A stretch of DNA of 32,000 bases from Candidatus Karelsulcia muelleri PSPU. Its GTDB lineage: Bacteria; Bacteroidota; Bacteroidia; Flavobacteriales; Blattabacteriaceae. Below, in pieces: positions 21,129 to 30,545 of the stretch. The first letter of the stretch is position 1. Every line of letters starts with the position of its first letter. Where the stretch lies: the NCBI RefSeq assembly GCF_000829155.1, contig NZ_AP013293.1:210001-242000 (forward strand). The letters are read 5' to 3'. The position numbers and the translations under genes are program-made. Under the pieces are notes generated by a model that made no database searches, was not told where the DNA came from, and worked only from the letters and a program-made list of their open reading frames with translations.

Positions 21129-21365
21129 TTATTTAAATAATTTTTTTTTTAATCTATTAGATTTATTTTTATGAATAATTTTTCTTTTGACTAATTGATC
21201 TATAAAAGATGAGATTTTAGGAATCTCCTTTAATTTTTTTTTTTTATCCAATTCTAATTGGAATTTTTTTATTATTGTTCTAGTTGATTTAGAATAATAT
21301 TTATTTTTTTTTCTTTTAAAATTATTTTTTTTTATTTGTTTTAAGGCTGATTTTTTATTTGCCAT
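21129..21365 (-). CDS. rpsT: 30S ribosomal protein S20
   Basis: 78 aa, very basic, with the MANKKSALKQIKKN start typical of S20. Confidence 0.85.
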   Translation of the reverse strand: MANKKSALKQIKKNNFKRKKNKYYSKSTRTIIKKFQLELDKKKKLKEIPKISSFIDQLVKRKIIHKNKSNRLKKKLFK

Positions 21366-21381
21366 ACTAATTTATAATTAG

Positions 21382-21453
21382 TAGCCCATAGGGGAATCGA
21401 ACCCCTCTTTTCAGAATGAAAATCTGATGTCCTTACCAATAGACGAATAGGCC
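21382..21453 (-). tRNA. tRNA-Glu(TTC)
   Basis: The reverse complement reads GGCCTAT-TC-GTCT..GGAC-A-TCAGA-TTTTCAT-TCTGA-AAG-AGGGG-TTCGATT-CCCCT-ATGGGCT-A. The anticodon loop gives TTC. No CCA is encoded. The 5' end lies 1 nt from the aroA stop codon. Confidence 0.88.
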
Positions 21454-21454
21454 T

Positions 21455-22708
21455 TTAAATATTTTTATTTTTTATAATAAAATCTAAATTTTTTAAATTT
21501 AGCCAAAAATTAGGATAAGATTTATTTATTACATTATAATGTAATATTGAGATAGGATATAAAATTCCTAATGTAGAAAAAGACATAGCCATTCTATGAT
21601 CATCATAAGTATTTATATATTTATTTTTTTTATTTATTTTAAAATTTAATAATTTTAAACTATTTTTAGTTAAAATAGTTTTTACTCCTAATTTAAATAA
21701 TTCATTTTTTAATGCATTTAATCTATCAGTTTCCTTAACTTTTAAAGTTTTTAATCCTTTTAATATACATTTTTTTTTTAATCCAGTACAAGTTACTGCT
21801 ATAGTTTGTGCTATATCTGGAGTTGAATTTAAATTAATATTTATTGTTTTTGTTTTTAACAATTTTTTTTTTTTTAAATTTATTTTTTTTTTTTTAAAAA
21901 TTGTTTTAACATTAAAAAAATTTGTATATATTCTTGTGATCAATTTATCACCTTGCAAGCTTTTTTTTTTATAAAATTTTAAATTTAAATTAGCTTTTTG
22001 GGATAAAGCTACTAAAGAATAATAATATGAAGCTGAACTCCAATCAGATTCTATTAAAATTTTTTTTTTATTTTTAAATTTTTTTTTACTAAATTTTATG
22101 TTTTTTATATAAATAATATTATTATTCCAACTAATATTTATTCCAATTTTTTTTAAAATTTTAAAAGTCATCTTCATATAAGAATGAGAAGTAATTTTTT
22201 TTGATAAAAAAATTTTTAATCCATTTTCAAATGTTGATGCTATTAACATAATAGAACTTATAAATTGACTACTGAAATTCGCATTCATATAAATTTCACC
22301 ACCTAATAATTTTTTTCCCATTATTCTTAATGGAGGAAACCCAATTTCTTTTTCATAAACAATATTTGCTCCTAATTTTTTTAATGTTTCAACTAAAATT
22401 GAAATAGGTCTTTCTTGTATTCTATAAGATCCAGTTAATAAAACTTCTTTTTTTTCTTTTATAGAAAAGAATGCCGTTAAAAACCGCATAGCAGTACCAG
22501 AATGATTTATATTAATTTCTTTTTTATTAGAAAATAAAGCCTTCTTTAATAAGAAAGTATCATCAGAATTTGAAATATTTTTTAAAAAAATTAAATTAGG
22601 AAATAATGCTTTTAATATCAAAAATCTATTAGATTCACTTTTAGATCCGGTAATATGAATATATCCATTTATATCTTTTTTTTTTTTATTTATATTAATA
22701 TAATTCAT
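21455..22708 (-). CDS. aroA: 3-phosphoshikimate 1-carboxyvinyltransferase (EPSP synthase), class I-like
   Basis: HITGSKSESNRFLILKAL, HSGTAMRFL, KVKETDRL and DDHRMAMSF. The start overlaps the rpsP 3' end by 14 nt. Confidence 0.9.
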   Translation of the reverse strand: MNYININKKKKDINGYIHITGSKSESNRFLILKALFPNLIFLKNISNSDDTFLLKKALFSNKKEININHSGTAMRFLTAFFSIKEKKEVLLTGSYRIQERPISILVETLKKLGANIVYEKEIGFPPLRIMGKKLLGGEIYMNANFSSQFISSIMLIASTFENGLKIFLSKKITSHSYMKMTFKILKKIGINISWNNNIIYIKNIKFSKKKFKNKKKILIESDWSSASYYYSLVALSQKANLNLKFYKKKSLQGDKLITRIYTNFFNVKTIFKKKKINLKKKKLLKTKTININLNSTPDIAQTIAVTCTGLKKKCILKGLKTLKVKETDRLNALKNELFKLGVKTILTKNSLKLLNFKINKKNKYINTYDDHRMAMSFSTLGILYPISILHYNVINKSYPNFWLNLKNLDFIIKNKNI

Positions 22709-23036
22709 TTTTATTAATCCAAATTTTAAATTTATTTTTAATATCTAAATTAGAAAAACCTTTTTTTTTTATTCCATTTATCAGATATTTTTTAAAAAAA
22801 ATTCCCTTAAATAAAAATAAAGATTTAACAGTACATGTAGGTTGTGCTCCTTTAATTAACCAATTAACAGCTTTATCAATATTAATTGATATAGTATAAG
22901 GTTTAGTATTAGGATTATAAAAACCTATTTTTTCTATGAATTTTCCATCTCTAGGAGAACGAGAATTGGAAACTACAATAGTGTAAAAAGCTTTTTTTTT
23001 TCTTCCTTTTCTTTGTAATCGAATTTTTGTTGACAT
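22695..23036 (-). CDS. rpsP: 30S ribosomal protein S16
   Basis: MSTKIRLQRKGRKKKAFYTIVVSNSRSPRDGKFIEKIGFYNP is the canonical S16 N-terminus. Confidence 0.92.
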   Translation of the reverse strand: MSTKIRLQRKGRKKKAFYTIVVSNSRSPRDGKFIEKIGFYNPNTKPYTISINIDKAVNWLIKGAQPTCTVKSLFLFKGIFFKKYLINGIKKKGFSNLDIKNKFKIWINKNELY

Positions 23037-23052
23037 TTTTTTTTATAAAAAG

Positions 23053-23123
23053 CAGACCCGTAGGGATTTGAACCCCAACTAACAGAACCAAAATCTGCTG
23101 TGCTACCATTACACAACGAGTCT
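23053..23123 (-). tRNA. tRNA-Gln(TTG)
   Basis: The reverse complement reads AGACTCG-TT-GTGT-AATGGTA-GCAC-A-GCAGA-TTTTGGT-TCTGT-TAGT-TGGGG-TTCAAAT-CCCTA-CGGGTCT-G. The anticodon is TTG. The weak A1-U72 pair and G73 are consistent with Gln identity. No CCA is encoded. Confidence 0.88.
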
Positions 23124-23130
23124 TAAAAAA

Positions 23131-23607
23131 TTAAATTTTAATTTTTATTAATTTAAAATTAATAATTTTATTATTTGGTAATTTAATATAAATTATATCT
23201 CCTATTTTTTTTCCAATTAATCCTATAGCAATAGGAGAATTTATAGATATTTTATTTTTTTTTATATTTGATTCACTTTCAGGAACTAATGTATAGTTTT
23301 GATAATTTCCATTATCAATATTTTTTAGTTTTACTTTAGTAAAAATTGATACTTGAGAAGTAGATATTTTAGAAATATCTATAATACGTGTATTAGATAA
23401 TTTTAATTTTAAATTAAAAATTTTAAATTCTAAAATTTTTTGAGCTGCTTTTGCAGCATCATATTCAGAATTTTCTGATAAATCTCCTTTATCTCGCGCT
23501 TCTGAAATTGCTTTTATTATTTTTTTACGTTCTATAGTTTCTAATTGTTTTATTTTATTTATAATTTTTTTTATTCCTTTTTTTGTATTATATTCAATAA
23601 TAGCCAT
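23131..23607 (-). CDS. greA: Transcription elongation factor GreA
   Basis: 158 aa. The N-terminal coiled coil has RDKGDLSENSEYDAAKAAQ, and there is a C-terminal globular domain. Confidence 0.88.
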   Translation of the reverse strand: MAIIEYNTKKGIKKIINKIKQLETIERKKIIKAISEARDKGDLSENSEYDAAKAAQKILEFKIFNLKLKLSNTRIIDISKISTSQVSIFTKVKLKNIDNGNYQNYTLVPESESNIKKNKISINSPIAIGLIGKKIGDIIYIKLPNNKIINFKLIKIKI

Positions 23608-23619
23608 ATATAAAAATAT

Positions 23620-25536
23620 TTATGTATCTATATTAGCAAATATAGAATTTTGTTCTATAAATTTTTTTCTAGGTATAACCTTATTTCCCATAAGCATATA
23701 AAATATATTTTTTGCAATTTTTAAATTAGATATAGTTACTTTACGTAAAGTTCTATTTATAGGATTCATAGTTGTTTCCCATAATTGTTCAGCATTCATT
23801 TCCCCTAAGCCTTTATAACGTTGAACACTTATTTTTTTTAAAGAATTCATTTTTAATTTTTTTAAAATTTTATTTCTTTCTTTTTCATTCCAAGCATAAA
23901 ATTTTTTATTAAAAGTTTTTATTAAAAATAATGGAGGTGTGGCTATATATATATAACCTTTTTCTATTAAAATTCTCATATATTTAAAAAATAAAGTTAA
24001 TATTAATGTTGATATATGACTTCCATCTATATCAGCATCAGTCATAATTATTATTTTTTTATAACGAATATTATCAATATTTAAATTGATTTTTTTTTTG
24101 TAAAAAAAAATATATACCCCTAAAGAAGAAAAAATATTTTTTATTTCTTCATTATCAAAAATTTTATTTATTATGTTTTTTTCGACATTTAAGATTTTAC
24201 CTCTTAAGGGTAAAACAGCTTGGAATTTACGTTCTCTACCTTGTTTAGCAGTTCCACCTGCAGAATCACCTTCTACTAAATAAATTTCACATAAATTAGG
24301 ATCATTAAAAGAACAATCTGCTAATTTTATAGGTAAAAATTTATGTATTGATGTTTTTTTATTTATTAATTCACGAGCTTTTTTTAAAGTTTTTTGAGCT
24401 TTAACAGACAAAAAAATTTTTTTTAATATTTTTTTTAAAAAAAAAACATTTTTTTTAAAAAATATACTTATATGTTTATTTATAATTTTTTCTACCAAAC
24501 CAATAATTTCATTATTTACAAGTTTATTTTTTATTTGTCCTTCAAATTGAGGATTAATAATTCTTATTGCTAAAATTGCCGTAAGACCTTCTCTTAAATT
24601 TTTACCAGTAATTTCTATTTTATTTTTTTTTAAAGGAAAAAATTTATAAAAAAATTTCTTTAAAGTTTTAGTTAATGCTCTTTTAAAACCAGAAATATGA
24701 GTACCTCCTTGAGAGGTATTAATATTATTAACATAAGAATAAATTTTTTCTTTAAAAGAAGAATTAAACCTCATAGCTAATTCTAATTCTAATTTTAGAT
24801 TTTTTTTTTTTATATAAATGATATTATCCTTTTTTTTTTCTAGAAATATTAAAAATTCTTTTATTCCTTTTTTGGAAAAAAAAAATTTTTTTTTAAAATT
24901 GCCATTTTTATCAATTTCTCTTTCATCTAATAAATAAATTGATAATCCTTTATTAAGATAGGATAATTCTCTTAATCTATTCATTAGAATAGAATAATTA
25001 TATTGAATTTTTTTAAAAATTAATTTATCTGCTTTAAAAAGAATTTTAGTACCTACTTTATTATTACATTTACCAATAATCTTTATTTTGCTTATTGGAA
25101 TTCCTCTAGAGTATTTTTGTTCATATATTTTGCCATTACGATAAACTTTAGCTATTAAATTACTTGATAATGCATTAACACAAGAAAGACCTACACCATG
25201 TAAACCCCCAGAAACTTTATAAGAATTATTATCAAATTTTCCTCCTGCACCAATTTTAGTCATTACTAATTCAAGAGCTGAAATTCCTTTTTTTTTATGT
25301 AAATCAACAGGAATACCTCTTCCATTATCTAAAATGGTAATGGAATTATCTTTATGTATTGTTACATATATTTTATTACAAAAACCAGATAATGATTCAT
25401 CTATAGAGTTATCTACAACTTCAGAAACCATATGATGTAATCCTTTAATTCCAATATCACCAATATACATTGATGGTCTTAATCTTACATGCTCAATTCC
25501 ATCTATATATTGAATATTTTTTGAAGTATAATTCAT
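23620..25536 (-). CDS. gyrB: DNA gyrase subunit B
   Basis: GIEHVRLRPSMYIG, HHMVSEVVDNSIDE, GGLHGVG, LVEGDSAGG, PLRGKILNVE and IMTDADIDGSHI. ParE cannot be strictly excluded, but GyrB is the paralog usually retained in tiny genomes. Confidence 0.85.
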   Translation of the reverse strand: MNYTSKNIQYIDGIEHVRLRPSMYIGDIGIKGLHHMVSEVVDNSIDESLSGFCNKIYVTIHKDNSITILDNGRGIPVDLHKKKGISALELVMTKIGAGGKFDNNSYKVSGGLHGVGLSCVNALSSNLIAKVYRNGKIYEQKYSRGIPISKIKIIGKCNNKVGTKILFKADKLIFKKIQYNYSILMNRLRELSYLNKGLSIYLLDEREIDKNGNFKKKFFFSKKGIKEFLIFLEKKKDNIIYIKKKNLKLELELAMRFNSSFKEKIYSYVNNINTSQGGTHISGFKRALTKTLKKFFYKFFPLKKNKIEITGKNLREGLTAILAIRIINPQFEGQIKNKLVNNEIIGLVEKIINKHISIFFKKNVFFLKKILKKIFLSVKAQKTLKKARELINKKTSIHKFLPIKLADCSFNDPNLCEIYLVEGDSAGGTAKQGRERKFQAVLPLRGKILNVEKNIINKIFDNEEIKNIFSSLGVYIFFYKKKINLNIDNIRYKKIIIMTDADIDGSHISTLILTLFFKYMRILIEKGYIYIATPPLFLIKTFNKKFYAWNEKERNKILKKLKMNSLKKISVQRYKGLGEMNAEQLWETTMNPINRTLRKVTISNLKIAKNIFYMLMGNKVIPRKKFIEQNSIFANIDT

Positions 25537-26165
25537 TTTTTTGTAAAAAAAATTGGAATAAATATAATATATTTATTAAAAAAAAATTTTTCTTTAAAAA
25601 GATTTGATATATTATATTTAATATAAAATATATTTTTTTTAAAATTTCCTCCTTTTAAATAAATAATTCCATTATCTATTTTATTTTTATTATTTTTTAA
25701 AATATTTTTTTTAACTAATTTAATAAAATTAGTAAATTTTGTAACAGCTCTTCCAATAATAAAATTACATTTTTTATTAAAATTTTCTATACGTGTACAT
25801 TGTATATATACATTTTTTAAATGTAATTTATTAATAATAAAATTAATTAATTTTATTTTTTTTTTAATTGAATCAATTAATATAAATTTTGTTTTATTAA
25901 ACATTATAGCTAAAGGAATTCCAGGAAAACCTCCTCCAGTTCCAACATCAAGAATAATTGATTTATTAAAAAAATAAAAAATTTTATAAATACTTAAAGA
26001 ATGTAAAAAATGGCTTTCATAAAAAAATTTTAAACTATTTTTAGAAATAATATTAATTTTTAAATTAAAAAATTTATGTAATTTATATAATTTAAAAAAA
26101 TTATAAAATTTAAATTCATCTAATAATGAAAAATCTTTTTTCAGATTTTTTATTTTTTTTTTCAA
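25533..26165 (-). CDS. rsmG: 16S rRNA (guanine527-N7)-methyltransferase RsmG (GidB)
   Basis: SAM-binding ILDVGTGGGFPGIPLAI, ~210 aa. It has a 4-nt ATGA overlap with gyrB. Confidence 0.8.
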   Translation of the reverse strand: MKKKIKNLKKDFSLLDEFKFYNFFKLYKLHKFFNLKINIISKNSLKFFYESHFLHSLSIYKIFYFFNKSIILDVGTGGGFPGIPLAIMFNKTKFILIDSIKKKIKLINFIINKLHLKNVYIQCTRIENFNKKCNFIIGRAVTKFTNFIKLVKKNILKNNKNKIDNGIIYLKGGNFKKNIFYIKYNISNLFKEKFFFNKYIIFIPIFFTKK

Positions 26166-26213
26166 AATATTATTATTATATATACATACAATTATATAAT
26201 AATTATAGATCTT

Positions 26214-27395
26214 ATGTTATCAGATAGAATACTTAATATGGGATATTCTAAAACATTAGAAATGACTTCTAAAGCAAGAGAATTAAAAGAATTAGGTTAT
26301 AATATAATAAATTTAAGTGTTGGAGAACCAAATTTTAATACTCCATCTTTTATATTAAATGCTGCTAAAAAAGCTATAAATGAAGGGTATAATTATTATA
26401 CTCCTATATCAGGATTAAAAAATTTAAAAGAAATTATATGTAATAAATTTAAACGTGATAATAATTTAAATTATAAAATATCACAAATAGTAGTAAGTAA
26501 TGGTGTAAAACAATCAATTATAAATATATTTTTAGCTTTATTAAATAAAGATGATGAAGTAATAATTCCAGCTCCTTATTGGGTAAGTTATTATGAAATG
26601 GTTAAATTTTGTAAAGCTAAACCTATTATTATACCAACTACAATAAAAGATAATTTTAAAATTACTTATAAACAATTAAAAAATGTAATAAACTATAAAA
26701 CAAAAATATTTGTATTTAATACTCCATGTAATCCTACAGGAAGTGTTTATTCTAAAGAAGAATTAAAAAATTTAGTAAAAGTATTATCAAAATTTGATAA
26801 AATAATAATTATTTCAGATGAAATATATGAATATATAATTTATGGAAAAAAACATATTAGTCTTGCTTCTTTTCCAGAAGTATATAATAAAACAGTTACA
26901 TTAAATGGTCTTTCTAAATCATTTGCTATGACAGGATGGAGAGTCGGATATATGGGGGGGCCTGAATGGATTGCTAAAGCTTGTGAAAAAATTCAAGGTC
27001 AAACCACATCATGTGTAAATATAATAGCACAATGTGCTTCTATTGAAGCATTAAAAAATAATACTAAAAAGTCTTTAAAAAAGATAATAAATGAATTTAA
27101 AATAAAAAGAGATTTAATAATAAGTATTTTAAATAAAATACCTCAATTTAAATTTAAAATACCTGAAGGTACTTTTTATATCTTTATAGATATTTCTTTT
27201 TTATTAAAAAATAAAAAATATAATTTTTATATTAAATCATCAAATAATTTTGCTATGTATTTACTTAATAAATGTCATATAGCAACAGTATCAGGAGAAG
27301 CTTTTGGATATAAAAATGGACTTAGAATATCATATGCTAATGATAAAAAAAAAATTATTGAAGGATTTAATAGAATTAAAAATTATTTAAAATAA
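26214..27395 (+). CDS. Class I PLP-dependent aminotransferase (aspartate/aromatic aminotransferase-like)
   Basis: SVGEPNFNTP, NTPCNPTGSVYS and PLP-lysine motif LSKSFAMTGWRVGY. Confidence 0.85.
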   Translation: MLSDRILNMGYSKTLEMTSKARELKELGYNIINLSVGEPNFNTPSFILNAAKKAINEGYNYYTPISGLKNLKEIICNKFKRDNNLNYKISQIVVSNGVKQSIINIFLALLNKDDEVIIPAPYWVSYYEMVKFCKAKPIIIPTTIKDNFKITYKQLKNVINYKTKIFVFNTPCNPTGSVYSKEELKNLVKVLSKFDKIIIISDEIYEYIIYGKKHISLASFPEVYNKTVTLNGLSKSFAMTGWRVGYMGGPEWIAKACEKIQGQTTSCVNIIAQCASIEALKNNTKKSLKKIINEFKIKRDLIISILNKIPQFKFKIPEGTFYIFIDISFLLKNKKYNFYIKSSNNFAMYLLNKCHIATVSGEAFGYKNGLRISYANDKKKIIEGFNRIKNYLK

Positions 27396-28181
27396 ATATT
27401 CTTCTTTTGAAGAAATTCCTAATGATTTATAAATATATTTATATGTAGATAGTAAATATGGATTACCATTAATTATAGCAATATTATGTTCATAATGTGC
27501 TGATTTTTTTTTATCTTTAGTAGATATAGTCCAACCATCATTATTAAATTTTATTTTTTTTTTACCTTTATTAACCATAGGTTCTATTGCTAATACTAAT
27601 CCATTTAATAATTTTAATCCAATGGTTTTTAACCCATAATTAGGGACATTAGGTTTTTCATGAATTTTTTTTCCTAATCCATGTCCTACAAATTCTCTTA
27701 CTATAGAATATCCATGTTTTTCAACGTAATTTTGAATTGCATATCCTATATCTCCTATATAATTTCCTAATTTACATTCAGAAATTCCTAAATAAAGTGA
27801 TTTTTTTGTAATTTTAAGTAATTTTTTTATATTTTCATTAACATTACCTACTTCAAATGTATAAGCATGTTCACCATAATAATTATTAATTTTTACTCCA
27901 CAATCAATAGATAATATATCTCCATCACATAAGGGTTTTTTATTAGGAATACCGTGAATAACTTGTTCATTAGTAGATGCACAAATAGTATAAGGATAAT
28001 TATATAATCCTAAAAAAGCAGGTATAGCTCCATTATCTCTAATAAATTCTTCAGCTAATGAATCTAAATATAATGTGTTAATTCCAGGTTTAATTTCATT
28101 AGTTAACATACCTAATGTTTTAGATACTAAGATAGAACTTGATTTTATCATTTTAATTTCCTCAATAGTTTTGATATCCAT
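27387..28181 (-). CDS. map: Type I methionine aminopeptidase
   Basis: VIHGIPN, DILSIDCG, FVGHGLGKKIHE, LAIEPM and HYEHN are the metal-ligand positions of MAP type I. Confidence 0.9.
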   Translation of the reverse strand: MDIKTIEEIKMIKSSSILVSKTLGMLTNEIKPGINTLYLDSLAEEFIRDNGAIPAFLGLYNYPYTICASTNEQVIHGIPNKKPLCDGDILSIDCGVKINNYYGEHAYTFEVGNVNENIKKLLKITKKSLYLGISECKLGNYIGDIGYAIQNYVEKHGYSIVREFVGHGLGKKIHEKPNVPNYGLKTIGLKLLNGLVLAIEPMVNKGKKKIKFNNDGWTISTKDKKKSAHYEHNIAIINGNPYLLSTYKYIYKSLGISSKEEYLF

Positions 28182-28252
28182 TTTTTTTAAAAAATTAATT
28201 AATAAAATCTTATTTTATATATATAAAATATAAAATATAATTTTTAAAAAAA

Positions 28253-28468
28253 ATGGCACATCCTAAAAGAAGACAATCTAAATCTAGAAAAAAAAAAAGA
28301 AGAACTCATTATTATATTTTAAATCCAAGATTAGGGATAGATATAGAAACTAAACAATATCATTTATATCATAGAGCTCATTGGTATGAAAATAAATTAT
28401 TTTATAGAGGAAAAATTTTAATAGATAAAAATAAATTTTTTTTTAAAAAAAAATTAATTAATATATAA
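28253..28468 (+). CDS. rpmF: 50S ribosomal protein L32 (with a lysine-rich C-terminal extension)
   Basis: [20 protein letters not shown] is the canonical L32 N-terminus. At 71 aa it is somewhat longer than usual, and its tail overlaps the pdhB 3' end by 15 nt. Confidence 0.85.
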   Translation: MAHPKRRQSKSRKKKRRTHYYILNPRLGIDIETKQYHLYHRAHWYENKLFYRGKILIDKNKFFFKKKLINI

Positions 28469-29434
28469 TAATTTTTTTATTTTATTTAAAATATCTATTT
28501 TATTAGGATACCATTCTTCAATTAAATTTTTAGCATAAGGTGCAGGAGTATCTTGTACGGTAATTCTTTGAATTGGAGAATCTAAATAATCAAAAGCTTC
28601 TTGTTGAATAACATAAGCTATTTCAGAAGAAATAGATGCAAATGGCCATGATTCTTCTAAAATAAGTAATCTATTGGTTTTTTTTACAGAATTTATAATT
28701 GTATTATAATCTAAAGGACGTATAGTACGTAAATCTATAACTTCTACACTAATATTTTTATTTTCAAGTTCTAAAGCAATATTTAAAGCCATTTTTATTA
28801 TTTTTCCAAAAGAAACTATGGTAACATCATTTCCTATTTTTTTTACATTTGCTATTCCTAATGGAATAGTATATTCTTCAATTGGTATCATCATTTGATC
28901 TCCATACATCTGTTCAGATTCCATAAATATTACTACATCGTTATCACGTATTGATGATTTTAAAAGACCTTTTGCATCATAAGGATTAGAAGGAATGACT
29001 ACTTTTAAACCTGGGCAATTAGCATACCAACTTTCAAAAGATTGAGAATGTGTAGAACCTAATTGTCCTGCAAACCCTGTAGGACCTCTAAAAACTATTG
29101 GAATATTCCATTGTCCTCCACTCATTTGTCTTATTTTAGCAGCATTATTAATTATTTGATCCATAGCTACTAATGAAAAATTAAAAGTCATAAATTCAAT
29201 AATAGGACGACATCCATTCATAGCTGAACCAATTCCTATTCCAGAAAAACCTAATTCAGAGATGGGTGTATCAATTATTCTTTTATGACCAAATTCTTTT
29301 AGCATTCCTTTAGAAGCTTTATATGCACCATTATATTCTGCTACTTCTTCTCCCATTAAATATATTGTTTTATCTTTTCTCATTTCTTCACTCATAGCAG
29401 CAGCTATAACTTCTCTAAAACTCATTTTTTTCAT
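28454..29434 (-). CDS. pdhB: Pyruvate/2-oxoacid dehydrogenase E1 component beta subunit
   Basis: 326 aa, well conserved. It has [50 protein letters not shown] and the transketolase-like C-terminal domain. Confidence 0.9.
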   Translation of the reverse strand: MKKMSFREVIAAAMSEEMRKDKTIYLMGEEVAEYNGAYKASKGMLKEFGHKRIIDTPISELGFSGIGIGSAMNGCRPIIEFMTFNFSLVAMDQIINNAAKIRQMSGGQWNIPIVFRGPTGFAGQLGSTHSQSFESWYANCPGLKVVIPSNPYDAKGLLKSSIRDNDVVIFMESEQMYGDQMMIPIEEYTIPLGIANVKKIGNDVTIVSFGKIIKMALNIALELENKNISVEVIDLRTIRPLDYNTIINSVKKTNRLLILEESWPFASISSEIAYVIQQEAFDYLDSPIQRITVQDTPAPYAKNLIEEWYPNKIDILNKIKKLLYIN

Positions 29435-29440
29435 AAAAAA

Positions 29441-30511
29441 TTATGATAATCTATTTATATTATTTAACTTTTCGAAAGTATTTTTTAATATTTTTTTTAA
29501 ATTATTTTCTCCTTTTCTAAGCCAAACTCTAGGATCATAATATTTTTTATTAGGTAATAATTTTCCTTGTGGATTTCCAATTTGATTTTTTAAATATTCT
29601 GTATTATTATTAATATAATCTCTTACACCGCCAGTAAATGAATATTGAATATCTGTATCTAAATTAATTTTAATTACACCATAATTAATAGAATTTTTAA
29701 ATTCATTTAATGAGGATCCCGATCCTCCATGAAATACAAAATTTATTGGTTTTGGTTTATTTTTATTTTTATTTTTAATATAATTTTGACAATTATTTAA
29801 AATTTCAGGTTTAAGTGAAATAATTCCTTTATTATAAACTCCATGTACATTTCCAAATGAAGCAGCTATAATAAATTTAGAATTTATTTTTATTAATTCA
29901 TTATAAAATTTAAAAACTTCTTTAGGTGAAGTATATAATTTATCAAAATTTATTTTAGTATTATCTATTTCATCTTCTTTACCTCCAGTAATTCCTAATT
30001 CTACTTCTAGAGTCATATTAATTTTTTTCATACGTTTAAAATAAATTTTTGAAATTTTAATATTTTCAATTAAAGATTCTTCAGACAAATCTATCATATG
30101 AGAACTAAATAAGGTTTTTCCAAAAACTTTATAATAATTTTCATTTATTGTTAATAAACCATCTATCCATGGTAATAATTTTTTATTACAATGATCAGTA
30201 TGTAATATAACTGTAGTATTATAATATTCAGATAATTCATGAACATATTTAGCTCCACAAATAGATCCTATTATAGAAGCTTTTTCATTTAAATTATTTA
30301 ATGATTTTCCAGCAAAAAATAAAGAGCCTCCATGAGAAAATTGGATTATTACAGGAGAATTAACTTTTTTAGCTGTTTCCAACACAGCCTTTATACTATT
30401 AGATCCAATTACATTTACTGCAGGTAAAGCAAAATTTTCTTCTTTTGCATATTGAAATATTTCTTCTACAAGATTTCCAGTAGCAACTCCTGGAGGAAAT
30501 TTTTTTTTCAT
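29441..30511 (-). CDS. fbaA: Class II fructose-bisphosphate aldolase
   Basis: ALPAVNVIGSNS, VIIQFSHGG, LHTDHC and FVFHGGSGS are class II FBA landmarks. Confidence 0.88.
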   Translation of the reverse strand: MKKKFPPGVATGNLVEEIFQYAKEENFALPAVNVIGSNSIKAVLETAKKVNSPVIIQFSHGGSLFFAGKSLNNLNEKASIIGSICGAKYVHELSEYYNTTVILHTDHCNKKLLPWIDGLLTINENYYKVFGKTLFSSHMIDLSEESLIENIKISKIYFKRMKKINMTLEVELGITGGKEDEIDNTKINFDKLYTSPKEVFKFYNELIKINSKFIIAASFGNVHGVYNKGIISLKPEILNNCQNYIKNKNKNKPKPINFVFHGGSGSSLNEFKNSINYGVIKINLDTDIQYSFTGGVRDYINNNTEYLKNQIGNPQGKLLPNKKYYDPRVWLRKGENNLKKILKNTFEKLNNINRLS

Positions 30512-30545
30512 TATTAATAATAATAAAAAATTAAAATCTATCTAA

